Of a DNA stretch of 64,000 bases, positions 26,584 through 38,826 are shown one piece after another (the stretch's first letter is position 1; every line of letters begins with the position of its first letter). The DNA is from Vitrella brassicaformis CCMP3155. Its lineage: Eukaryota; Protista; Chromerida. A model generated the notes under the pieces. It made no database searches, was not told the DNA's origin, and saw only the letters and a program-made list of their open reading frames with translations. Position numbers and translations under genes: made by a program. Location of the stretch: NCBI GenBank assembly GCA_001179505.1, contig CDMY01000007.1, positions 1-64,000 on the forward strand, written 5' to 3'.

Positions 26584-28898
26584 ATGGGAGCGCAGCCTAC
26601 TAAGGCGGGGTCGCCGCAGGCGGCCTCTAACAGGAGGCAGCTCGTCTTCCAAGTGTGTTCTCTGTACAACTTCCCTTCAAAGAGCGTCACGGAGGTACGA
26701 GCAGGCCAGCAGATGGATAAGGGAGGCCAACCACGGCCCATGAAGAGGGTCCCGCACACACACGAGGGACCATGTGTATGTCCATTGGTTCTGCAGGAAT
26801 GGGTGCTGCGTTTCGATAGCGATTCGTCTGTGGGTTATGTGTTGCCAACGCGTGGAGTGCAGTCCATCCCGGTCACGCGCATCGCTGACAGGCTCAAGTG
26901 CCAGATTTGCAGGTGAGGGAAACCATACATAGATCCATCCATCTGATCCATGGCTCTTTTCCCTTCATCAGAGTGCGCGCTGACAGCTATTTCTACCGTG
27001 AGCCCGAGGCTGAGCAGACCGCCAACTCGAGCCCGACGGCCAAAAGATCTGCCAGAAGTGCAAAGGCCTTCCCTGCGCTCGATTCCAGTGCCGATGCGCT
27101 GCCCGAATCATCGGGACGCATCGACGTCAGGACATGGATGGACGGATGGATGGATGGATGGCATCCGTCACTTCTGTATGTGTGTATGTGCATGTCAGCT
27201 GGGCGAGGGGTCTGACGTTACTGTGGTGATGGAGCTGGACCTCGATATCAACTACATCGACGCACACCACATGGGTAAGAGAGCAGCGGAAGGGATAACG
27301 CATCCCCTGACTGAGTGCTTGGTTGACGTCCGTTGCTTGTCGCTGCACATGTGCCTTCCGTTCAGGTTTGATATATCGTGAGTGGATAGGTTTCCCTAGC
27401 GATGAGGTGTCGTCTGCCGCGTCCCCCTCTTCCACGGCTGCTGCTGCTGCTGCGGCGGCCACGCAGCCCTCCAAGCTCATAGATGACAATCCAGGCAGCG
27501 GAAACGGGTGAGAAATGGCATGAATGGATGAAAAGCCTGTTCATGACTGCTCTTCTGTCCCTTCAGTGTGAGTTTGGCGCATGCGTTGACGGCTGGGTCG
27601 CGTCCTGACATCCCCAAGATGATCGTATCGGTGAGCTGAGACCACCAAGCTGTGCAACAGGGGGGAAACAAAGAACACCGACGGCATCCTGGATTTCGCT
27701 CTGTCTCCACAGATTCAGCTGCCGTCATCTCCAGCAAAAAGTGCCCGACTCGCAGAGGGGCTGACATGCACCAACACACCTGTATGCGTCTTTTGTGTGT
27801 GCAGTTAGTGATTTGTCCATCGGAAAGTTCTCTGCCGGCCGGTCGGAGCGTACATGTGGGATGGCCGGGCAGCACCCTGCAGACGCCAAGAGTAGGCACT
27901 GTCGACATTCCCATCTCCCACAGCAATCGGTACACGTGTCTCTACCTCTCCCTGCTGCAGATTCTTCGTATCTGATGAAGATCCTGGCCAAGTGGGCGGA
28001 GAACCAGGAGGTCAGGTACCAGGGGAAGAAGAGAGTCGCATAGCAGTCAGTGTATGGCTTCTTCTTCTTGTACTTGACTGTATGCAGGCTGCCGCTCGCT
28101 CGTTGCAGGACGCGTATGAGAGTTTGAAGGAGGTGTCGCAGATACAGCAGGTGCGCTAATGCATTGGATGGGCACATGGATGTCCACAATAGTATGTCTC
28201 CTCTCCCTCTTCCCCTTATCGCAGAAGAATCGCAACCTACAGGATCTCATCATAGAGCGGGTAGCACTTCGAACACGCCGGTGCAGTCCTTCCTCTCATT
28301 CCTTCTGTCGGTGTGTGTGGTCGTCAGGACCAAGAGATTCAGTCTCTCCGTGCCCAGCTGGAGCGCGCCAATGAGGCGGCCAGGCGTGCGAGCGCAGGGT
28401 CTGAGAGGGCCTCGTCGCTCTCCCTCTTCTCGCGCACCAGCGTCGTCAAGGGCAAGACGCAGCAGAACAAACCCAACGGCAAGGCGGCGGGGGGATACCT
28501 CGACGACTTCGCCGACAAATACAAAGACGGTAGGCCACATGCACACGAGGCACACAGCCATCCCTCTCTCTACGCGCGTCTCATTCATTTTGTCTTCAGA
28601 GGACCGTGCTGCCCGCTCCAGTGGCACCCAGAAGGGCCCGGCGCCCAGCGGCACATTCGACAGTGAGCATGGCCAAGATGTTCCTGCTGTTGCCGGGCCC
28701 AAGAGCGACTCAGATGCGCTGAGCAATCCTGAGGTGGGGACGGGTGTGCAGCTGCTGACGGGCGGGTCATTCGGCAGCTTCAACCTCATGAGCCACATCC
28801 GGGCGCATCACGCCAAGGGGCAGAGTCAGGGGCAGGTCAATGGTGCTGCTGCTACCGCAGACAACGGCACCGCAGCGCAGAACGGCAGTGCCAGATAG
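26584..28898 (+). CDS. Hypothetical multi-exon protein (MGA N-terminus, possible myristoylation; C-terminal coiled coil)
   Basis: A chain of GT-AG-bounded coding exons: MGAQPTKAG..YNFPSKSVTE | EWVLRFDSD.. | LMKILAKWAENQE | KNRNLQDLIIER | DQEIQSLRAQLERANE.. ending NGSAR*. No family was recognised. Confidence 0.65.
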
Positions 28899-29001
28899 AT
28901 AGACATCAGCAGTGTACCATGAATGTCTACTTCTGAACGCTGCATGTTTACACTGCGATCGGACTGAGAAGTTGCTGATGAACTGATGAATTGAGGAGAG
29001 A

Positions 29002-31386
29002 ATGGAGGCATCGTCAGCTGCCGATGACGGCAAGGAGGCCAAACGCGCTGAGAGGAAGCGCAAGATGGATCAGCTGGCTGCCAAGATGCGGGCGAAACAA
29101 GGGAAGGCGGAGGATGACGATGATAGCGGCGGGGAGCAAGGCGAAGGCGATGAGGATGACGACGGTAGCTATGAGGAGAGGCCCAGGCGCAGACCACACA
29201 GAACTGCCACCGACGCGCCCAGAAAGATGGGCACAGCACAGGTATGAGCGGCACGACATCGATTCATTAATTGTCCTTTGTTTTCTTTGTATCACTGCAT
29301 CAGTTTCTATCGCACGGCAACGACCTGAGGCGCAAACGCAACGAGGAGGAGGACTGCTATGGCGATGATGACGATGACTTCATCGATGGTACGCACAGTG
29401 AATGGACGCCATTGCATATGCACTCATGGACGCTGTGGTTGGTTCAGATGACGATGATGCCATCGAGTACCACGATAGCGAAGAGAAGAAGAAGCGCAAG
29501 AAGCGTGGCGGCAAGGCGAGGGAGAAGCGCCGCGCCGCCACGACCAACAGGGGCGGCCGGCTCAAGCAGAAGAAGCGGCGTCGGAAGGACAGCGACAGTG
29601 AGGACTCGTCGTCAGGGGATAGCAGCGATGAGAGCGGGGAGAGCGGGGGCGAGGAGGGCGAGGAGGGCGAGGAGGAGGGAGAGAATGATGATGACGATGT
29701 GGATGAGAGGGCCATGTACATGCGGTCGCTGCATGAGGAGCCCGACAGGCGCAGGGGGGGATGTGATGAAGACATCGACCCCAGAAAGGCGTTCAAGAGG
29801 TACACCCACTGGCTTCCATCCACATATGTGATTGATGGGCCTGTCTGTCCGCTGTGTGGTGTGTGTAAGGTACGTGGAGTATCTGTGTCTGCTCACGCTG
29901 TCGCCCACATTCGACTACGACGCATATGAGAAGCAGCTGCAGCAGGAGGAAGACGACGATGTCGATGGTCAGCCGCTTATGCTCACATATGACTTATGCA
30001 TAGTGTGTGTTGGCCATGTGTGGGTTGGCGCAGATGAGAATGATGCACCCAAGGGTCGGGCGTACTACACAGTAGCAGAGCAGCGCGTCGAGGACAAGCT
30101 GCGCACCCTGCAGCACTCGCAGCTGGAATCACGCTTCACCAAGGACGTCACGGACCGGCTGTGTCGCCGACCGCAATTCTTCTACTACCAATTGGGCCGC
30201 GCACAGATTGACCGCCTGTAAACAAACACGGCTCAAGAGAGGCAGGCCTGGGTAACACTGCATTCATTCACGAGAGCGTGGCCGCCCCTTGTGTGTTGTG
30301 TGTGTGTGTGCAGGAGGGAGATGCGTGAGAAGTGCGTTGCCTGCCACCGTAGCCGGCCGCCTCCCAGCCGCAGCATCCTCATGAACGGCACCCAATACGA
30401 CTCTGGTGGGGCAACTGACTGAAGCCAATAAAGCTCCATACATGGATACACACACTCTGCTTTTCTGGCATGTGCGTGGTGCGTGTGTGCAGAGGCGCTG
30501 TGGGAGGGCGACATTCGTCCGTTCATGGGCAGGCAGAGCAGAATGAGAACAAGACCACTGATGCATCCAACAGCTTCCATTGCACCTTTGGTATTTATTG
30601 CTGCAGAGGCTTTCCAGCTGCCGTGGCTGGGGCAGGCAGCATTCCCTGACGACCAAGGTAAGGCGTCCATCAGCCATCCATCCATCCATCCATTCCTCAT
30701 TCCATCCGTCAGACCCCTTCAAGTCCGACGATGGTGAGGGCGATGCCATGGACGGTGCTGGTGACCCTGCGACCATTGCATACCCCTTCTACACCCAGGG
30801 CGCACGCTACTCAAACCCATACGACATGCAGAGTGAGTGGGCTGCGTGTGGTGTGCATCCATCGACCTTCCCACCCATCCGTCCGTCGTGTGGCTGTATG
30901 CCTCTGCAGACGAGTACACGCATGTGGCTCACCCAGAGGACAACGCAGAAGATCGGATGCTCGTCGGTGAGTGAGCCAAACACCAATCCACCGACCCACA
31001 TGCAGCCGCTGTGTCTGCGTGTCATTTCGTTCAGGGTCGACGTGTGGCGACCGCATGAGACGGTGGCACTACCTGCAGCACTACAAGGCCAAGCTGCTGT
31101 GGAAGATACACACCGAGCTGGAGAGCATGTCGTCAGAAATGCGCAAGAAACCTCTTAGCGCGGCCAAGACCGTCCGCACGGTAGGCAGCTGAATGGATGG
31201 ATGGGCGGCACACGGAAGAAGACACACCACCCCGCACATGATATGTGTCTGTGTCTGTGTGTGTGTGTGTGGTGGGTGTAGTCGCATGGCGAGGATTGGT
31301 GGAAGGAGTACGAGGCGTACTGTTCATTTGGGGCGGAGCATGGCGAGAAGGGGCAGCTTGCCACCGACACATGGATGGACGCATGA
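29002..31386 (+). CDS. CCDC82/DUF4211-like protein with acidic/basic low-complexity N-terminus
   Basis: AFKRYVEYLCLLTLSP, EDKLRTLQHSQLESRFTKDVTDRLCRRPQF, EKCVACHRSRPPPSRSILMNGTQYD and GSTCGDRMRRWHYLQHYKAKLLWKIHTEL resemble DUF4211 (C.AC.R...G..Y; G..C..R...YH.L.H.K). The family call is from memory. Confidence 0.6.
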
Positions 31387-31693
31387 TCCAGTTCTGTAGC
31401 TGACGGGGCAGGCGTAGCATTCATGCATTCATGGGACAGGCATGTGCGATGCATGCTTCATGCCATCCATCCCGGCAGTGTCTGTCAATATGTATAGTTG
31501 GTTCACGCATATATCGATCACACACCTCCAGCTGTACAGACAGAGTAAGCTAACGGCAATCAATCGAAAACTATGCCCCACCATGCCTGACGACACAAAC
31601 AAATCGGACCAGACATTCACATGACTTGCCACTCCTCTCTTTCACAATGTACAACTGTGCTTGTCACCCACTCACCGGTATTGGTTGTCTCCC

Positions 31694-33217
31694 TCACTGC
31701 TGATACAACGCCCACATCTCGATGTCGGTGGCGGTGAAAGAGATGCTGCCCGCCAAAGTGCCCTTGCCCTCACGCTCCTCCGGCCCTCGGTACCCCTGCG
31801 GCAACCACTCCTTACTCACCCACACGTTGCAACGATGGAGGTTCTTTTCTCGGCCGCCACTGACGCTGTGCCCCAGCCAGATACAGCCCACCCCGTCCCC
31901 CACATTGATGGCCAGACTGCCATTGGCCTGATCGGTGGATGGCACCACCGCCTCGCTCCCTGCGATGAACACAGCCTGGTCGCCTGCAGGTAGGGGTATC
32001 TTGGTGGGAGTTTCGAAGGCGCCGCTGATGCTGTAGAGCGACACGGGGCAGCTGGTGATCGTGTATGATGTGTTCGTCCGGCTGTGTGAGGGAGCCCTCG
32101 ATGGTAATGGCGAGGAGGTGGCTCTCGCCGTGGCGAATGAGGATGAGCGGGCGGCCGTCTTGTCGCTTGAGGAACTGTCGATACTGCCAGCCGTGACGTG
32201 ACGCCCTGAATGAAGGAAAGAAGGCGCATGTCAGTCATGTGTGGTGTGTTGTGGTCTCAGCACGTACTCACTTGTATCGCAGGCTCATGCTGCTGAAGTA
32301 TGTGAAGCCGTTGAGCCGTCAACCAACGGCGCGTATGTCACTATGTTGGGATCCTGTGTGTAACACAACAACACATGTATGTGCACATGCATGACGCACA
32401 CACCCTTGTCTGTCTGTCTGTCTGTCTGTCTGTCGCATCTCCCTCACCGATCCCTCCCTGCACAGTTGAGATGCGATGCGCTTCAGCTTCACACACGAGC
32501 TCTGCACACACGACACACACCACAAATAAATGAGATGCCCCACATGGAGTCAAAGCACACAATCAATGAGAGTCCTTACACAGGGGAGTATGGCGAGATT
32601 TCTGTACATTCGACGCTGCATGAGGTACATCTGCCGTCCTAGGTTCCCCGTCTTCGACGCCAGCTCTTGTTCGTCATCATGCAGATCGACTTGGATGCGC
32701 GTCATGTGATCGTCCTGGGCCTGCTGCTCTCCCTGCAGCTCACCGATGAGCAAACCATAGCTCTGCAAGCAAACAGACAGCAGGAGTGTGGTCACCGATC
32801 GCATCCATCCATCCATCCATCCATCTGGACATACTTACCTGTACTTGTTGCTTGAGTGCCTCCGTCTCTTGCTCAAGTGCCTGCCGAGCAGCGGTCTCGC
32901 GGTCCAGCTCCCTCTTCAACAACCCAGCCACCTGCACACATACACACACACACCACTGCACCGTAGACACTGTTGGTCGGTGCACCAAAGTACCATGGTC
33001 GTATGGTCGAGGGCTGCCTGCTGCCGCTCGAGCCGGTCCTGCATGCGACTCAGCCGCTTGTGATACGCCGCCTCCGCCGCGACCATATCTACAATCCTCT
33101 GCATACAATGAATGGATCAGAAGCACACATGACTCCTGACATCCATCCATCCATCCATCCATCCATCCATCGATTCACCTGCTGCACCTGGCCCAGCGCC
33201 TGCTGGATGTCAGCCAT
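31694..33217 (-). pseudogene. Coiled-coil plus TLDc-domain protein with an apparent frameshift in the TLDc domain
   Basis: LRYK|ASRHGWQYRQFLKRQDGRPLILIRHGESHLLAITIEGSLTQPDE continues in a different frame as TSYTITSCPVSLYSISGAFETPTKI...GTLAGSISFTATDIEMW (TLDc C-terminal LAG..F....E.W). The shift is at about 32070-32075 and could be an assembly error. Confidence 0.6.
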
Positions 33218-33385
33218 GCTCAGGCCATCACAATCACCACCCTGCCATGAGGGAACCAAAACGGGGAGGCCATGTGTCCCTCTTCTGTCGGCCGCCGTCG
33301 TTTTCTCTTGCTTGTATGCTTACCGCAGCTGTTGTCGATTGACATCCGGACCCCATGCCGCTCTCCTCCACTGCCTTCGCCGCAG

Positions 33386-36300
33386 ATGCACCGAAAGCCA
33401 ACCGATCCGATCCGGCGCAGGATGAGCGTGCAGCCTCGTGCCTGTGCGCCGCATCCATCGGAGGTAAGATGTGGGGAAGGACGACAAACACCGCTTCTAT
33501 GGTCCATCCATCTGTGTTCTCTCTCTTTGCAGATGTGTGACGTTGACGATGAGATTCGTGCGGTCCAGCAGGAGCTCAATGACGCCAACGAGCTCCTCAA
33601 CACGTACCGCTCTGTCCCATCCAGATCAGCAGACCATGAAGAGCAGCAGCAGCAGCAGCCCGCCCAGCCATTGCCCACAGATCACGATGCCCAGCCCGGA
33701 CCGCTCCCCCCGTCCATCCCTCCCCTCTCCCTGCCCATCGCCACCAACCCGCCAGGACACGGCAGCAGCCAGTGGTCATTATCATCTCGGCTCGACACCG
33801 CCCTCAGAGACCGCGACAGACTCAGGAAGGAGCGGCAGCGTGTCCGCGATGAATGGCTCAAGCAGGTGCGGGCCCAGTCGGTGCGTGAGGAGCGGCTCAG
33901 GGCGCGGCAGAGGGAGCTGACTGCGGCCATGGGCGAGCTGGAGAAGAAGCGGTGGGCTGCGGTTGAGAGGGGCAGGCGTGAGGAGGCCAGATTGCAGAGC
34001 AAGTTAGCCAGATTACGCCGGGAGAGGAGGGTGGAGGGGGCCGCCGCTAGTGACCAAGGGGATCCATCGCAATCTGATCAGCACCAGCAACACCAGCAGG
34101 GGCATGATGAACAGAAGCGACGTGAGCATATAGATGTTTGGCTGGCTAGACATTTCATTGCCTGCCTGGTGGTGTGGATGTCAGCTATCTCATTGCATTT
34201 CCTCTTCTGCCTGTGTTCAGGCCTTGAAGAGGAGCTGAGGGCCAACGAGGCTGCTCTCGCGGAGATGCGCCAAGCACACACAAGACAGCAGGAGGAGCGC
34301 CAAGAGCAGCTGAGGACAGTCCAGAAGAACATAGAGGCCCGCATGGGCAAAGTGCGGTCCGCCGAGAGCTTCCTCACACAGCTGAGATGCGAGTACGTAG
34401 TACGGCAGGGCCGAGCAAATCGTAAGTGTCAAATGTGTGTGTGTGGTTGTGGTATCAGGCATGCAATCGTCGGTCGACAGATGGAGCTCATGGAGGCCGT
34501 GCGCAACACACAGCTGCCGCAAGAGTTTGCCGAAAAGACAAAGGTAGGTCAGGCAGGGTGGATGGCCATTTAGCGCCCGTTCCCCTTGTTACCTGTTTCC
34601 ACTAGGTGTTGGCGAGGGCCATATTAAGGACGCGCGACGGAATAGAGGAGGCCACCGCCGCCATGCGAGAGCTCCAGAGCACGGCAAATGATGCAGACGA
34701 TCGTGATGACGAGCTGGCCCACTTGGCGACCACACTTGAGCGGCGCAGAGGGCAGCTGACACACCTGGAGTCACAGTAAGTGACCCACATACACATAAGG
34801 CATCCGCAACGAACCCACCATCATCCCTCTCCCTTCATCCATGCCATGCAGGCTCTCAGAGCTGGAGAGTGACCGTGCTCAGCAGGAGCAGCTGATAACC
34901 GATTGGCTCGCAACAGCCCGTACCCAGCGCGACAAGATCGCCACGTCGTTCCCTATCCACTCACAACGGCTGAGAGGGCTCACGGGCAACGAGGTGGCAG
35001 GCGAGTGCGGCACTCTGCAGGAGGCTTCCACTGCTTCGTTGAGGGGTTTGGAGGGGCTGAGAGAGAGGCTGGAGGGGGAGGGGAGGGAGGCCAATGGGAG
35101 ATTCGAAGACCAGCAGGGAGAAATGGAAGCGGTAGGGAAGACAAGACACGAGGGCATCAACCCATTGCTCCCTGTTTGTCTGTTGCGATGTGTCTGTCCT
35201 GGATGGTCCAGGTGATTGGGCAGATCCGGTCGTCCATAGCTCAGGAGGCGCAGCAGCAGCAGCAGCAGCAGCAGGAGGCCCCACCTGCCCCACCCAGGCG
35301 CCCCCTCAGCCGGCAGAAGATCCAGACATCCGTGAAGACGCTTTGGTACGGCACTCATGCCTACCCCCAACAAACACACACATGCCAGTCCCCTTCCCCT
35401 TTCTTCAGCTCTCGGTCAGTCCGGTCCACGTCGATGAGCGATGACAGCCGGCCCTCGTCAGCATTGTGTGCAGCCATCCAGCAGTGTCGTGACGACCTCA
35501 GGAGATGCCAGGATGGTACCAAGGACGCCATCAAGGCGCTGAACGATGAGGAGGCGCAGCTGAGGGATGCACTGGCACAAGTGGACAAGGCGCTGAGACA
35601 TGAAGGCGGAGCCAGACGACGAGAGTGTGAGAAGGTGAGCGTGCGGTGACGACGATAGACGAGACGGACGGTAGGGACCCGACTTGTGTGTATGTGTGTG
35701 TCAGGATGGTCGTTTGGAAGACCTGGATCTCCAGCTGCAGGAGGTGGAGGCGCAGCTGACCTCCCTCAACCCCTCTGTATCCCTCCCCGCCTCGCACCGA
35801 CCACCCAGGTCCTCTCGGTCGTCACACCAGCCGTCCTCACGCCCCTCTGCCGCCCCTTCCCCATTCCCGCCCCTCTCTGCCCTCTTCCATCCGGGCATCA
35901 ACAGCGACTTCGCAACCTTCCTGTCCAGTGTCTATCTGCTCCTGGCGGATGAGGGCGTGCCCGTGTTGGTCGATACCAGCAGCAGAGGTGGCAGCATCAG
36001 CAGCAGCAGCAGCAGCAGTAGCAGCGTCGAGTGGTCCGAGAGGCGGCTTCACTTGTCGCGGGACTTGAGGCGGCTGTCGTGGGGTGGAGAATCGTTCTGG
36101 CTGGTGGATAGCCTGGAGAGAGTGTATGTGCCGCAGAGCGTCCGGCGGCTGGTGGAGGCCGCCAGCCTCGACGCGGCAGCGAGGCCCGTGATCCGGGAGG
36201 TCGGTTCAGCCATCGATGGCGCCAGAGTGACGACAGCACGACGGAGAGAGGGCGAGCCGAGAGCGGCATACCGTGTGCAGGTACGCATTTCATCCCATCC

Positions 36301-36632
36301 ACACACGCACACACGACCGTCCGTGTCCGTCCGTCTGTGTCTCTGTGTGGTTGGGTTGTCAGCTCCACTGTCGGTCCCACGCCCCCGTGTGGCTGGCCAC
36401 TGACGCCATGTCGGATTTTCACATCGTGACGCGGGCCATCAAAGCCCTGCTGGCCGCTGTTGGTCGTGGCGGGGGCGATGGTAACCCAGGCCGATTCCAG
36501 GAGGGGCCGCGGCTGGATGAGTATCGTCTGCTAGTGGACAGGGCGCTGTTGCAGGCGAGAATGGTGACTATGGTGCCACCACTTAGGGAGGGAGAGGGGG
36601 AGGGGGAGGGGGAGAGGAGTGGCAGCAACTGA
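33386..36632 (+). CDS. Hypothetical long coiled-coil protein with C-terminal PH-like domain
   Basis: Heptad-rich exons (DEIRAVQQELNDANELL, LEEELRANEAALAEMRQ). C-terminal WSERRLHLSRDLRRLSW...DFHIVTRAIKALL resembles a PH domain strand and terminal helix. Confidence 0.65.
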
Positions 36633-37286
36633 CCGACATATACCTGCGTATGGGATATGCTTGGGTGTGGGTGTACAGTTCATTGACCTGTGTGTGCAAA
36701 TGACGTGGACCAACATGATTGCTCGTTAACATTCTGTCCACTTGTTGGCTGCCAATCATCTTGAGTGTGATGTCCACACACAAAGGACGTACGCTGACCT
36801 GACACCCTCTCCGTCGGCCACTGGACGCAGCGGTGGTGGGCACCCTCACGGACAGAGTGAGAGCTTCACACTGTCCGCAAAGGTATCCATACCGCCGGCA
36901 ACACCGGCCGACGAGAGAGAGAAAAAGTCAAAAGACATACAGAACCCACGAGCTCATTCCCCTCTCTCTGTCAACTGGCCTTGTTGGCTTTGATATAGGT
37001 AAGCGTCACACAGCTGTCCCATCCCGCAGTTTCCCCTCCATGTGCGTCCGCTCTCGGCGCGACATAGCCCACAGGCCAGATGATGTCTGACCGACCTGTG
37101 CGCTCGACACGGAGAGAAAACATCTCTCAGGTTTATAGAGACACAAAGACAGGTATACATCAACACACAGAGCAGAGCGGTGCAAAAACTCACTCGCCGT
37201 CGTCTCATCTATCTCATTACACACTGACCGCATTTGGCAGAAAACGTTACAGCAAACTATGGCCACCCACCAGTCCCATCAGTCAG

Positions 37287-38263
37287 TCAGTGTGTGCCAT
37301 TGGTGGCCTCAGCACCAGCATCGGCATCAGGCTCGGGTGCGGCATCTTTGATGCGATTGTAGAGGTCGGGGTCGCCCGTGGCGATGGCGCACACCTCCAG
37401 CACGTGGCGGGCTATCGCGGGGACACCCACCTGACACACACACACACACATAGACACATCCACACATAGACACATACACCATGGGAGGCGGAGGGACGCA
37501 ACACACCATAATAGATGCAGATGCGTACGTACCATGTGTTTGCACTGAGCGAATATGGTGGGGCCGCCTTGCCGCATCTGATTCGCCTCCCTGTCCATCA
37601 CCTACATTCATCCCATCCACAACCCATCTGCACTGCACATGTGGCTGGCTGGTTGTCCCTCCCGACCCTCTGTCTGTCCACTCACCCCCAGATCAGCCCC
37701 AACGGCTTCGGCGAGGTCCGTCTTGTTGATGACGAGTAGGTCAGACTGGGTGATGCCAGGGCCGCCTTTTCTTGGCACTTTGTCGCCGCCAGCCACGTCG
37801 ATGACGTAGATGATGAAGTCGGCCAGCTCGCGGCTGAAGTTGGCGGCGAGGTTGTCGCCGCCCGACTCGACGATGACCATGGCGGGGTGGTAGCACTCGG
37901 TCAGCTCCTTGACCGCCTGAAGGCAAAGCACACATGTACACATCACATGGCTGGCTGGGATGGACGCAACGCACTCATTCATTGCTGCCAGTGTCAGCCT
38001 ACCTCCATGTTGAGGGCATAGTCTTCACGGATCGCTGCGTGGGGGCACCCACCGGTCTCAACCTGAGAGAACGCATGGCATGGCGTGGCGTCACACACAC
38101 CCTCCCTCCCTGGCTGCACACATACGGCTCTCATTCGTTCCTCCGGGAGCGCCTTGTTCTTGACGAGGAACTCCCAGTCCTCCCGCGTGAAGATGTCGTT
38201 GGTCACCACGGCAAGGGACACCTGCTGCGACAGATACCGACACAAAGCCAGCACCAGAGCTGC

Positions 38264-38295
<32 letters not shown>

Positions 38296-38626
38296 GCAGC
38301 CCGCTGTGTGGGTGGGTGCCGTGCATGGTACGTGCCTGTTTTGCCCGACCCCACAGGTCCGCCGATGCCCACGGTGAAGGCGCGTGCCGACCAGTCCCTC
38401 CTCGACAGAGGCCCGTCCCGGCTCAAAAACTCCCCAGGACCCTCCATGTGCTCATGCTGCACACAGCCAGCCAACCAAACACCACACGAGTCACGGAGAT
38501 CTGTAGATCTCTCTTCCCCAATGAGTCCGTACCTACCGTGTGTCCATGTTCGTGTGAGTGGCTGTGCGCGTGGCCGTGGGTGTGGCTGTGGTTGTCGTCG
38601 GAGCCGTGATGGTGGCCGTGGTCCAT
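37287..38626 (-). CDS. ureG: Urease accessory GTPase UreG with His-rich N-terminus
   Basis: [29 protein letters not shown]; [15 protein letters not shown] (P-loop); [12 protein letters not shown]; [14 protein letters not shown]; [54 protein letters not shown]. Confidence 0.97.
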
Positions 38627-38826
38627 CGACCCGCTTTGAATGAAGGGCACCTGCGACCAGAGGAAGGAGGCGATGAATGAATGGATGCGGGTGAAGGTAC
38701 CTCCGCCATTCGACTCATCCCTGCCGCTCACCTTGCCATGGTCATTGGCGGTCTGCATCTGTTGTGTTCCTCTCCCCACATGCGAGCTAAGCTCGCAAAC
38801 GTGGTGCGTCAGGTGAGCATTGATCC

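Noticed and set aside
32060-32080. Programmed ribosomal frameshift in the TLDc gene
   Set aside because: There is no slippery heptamer or obvious stimulatory structure. An indel (mutation or error) is the simpler explanation.
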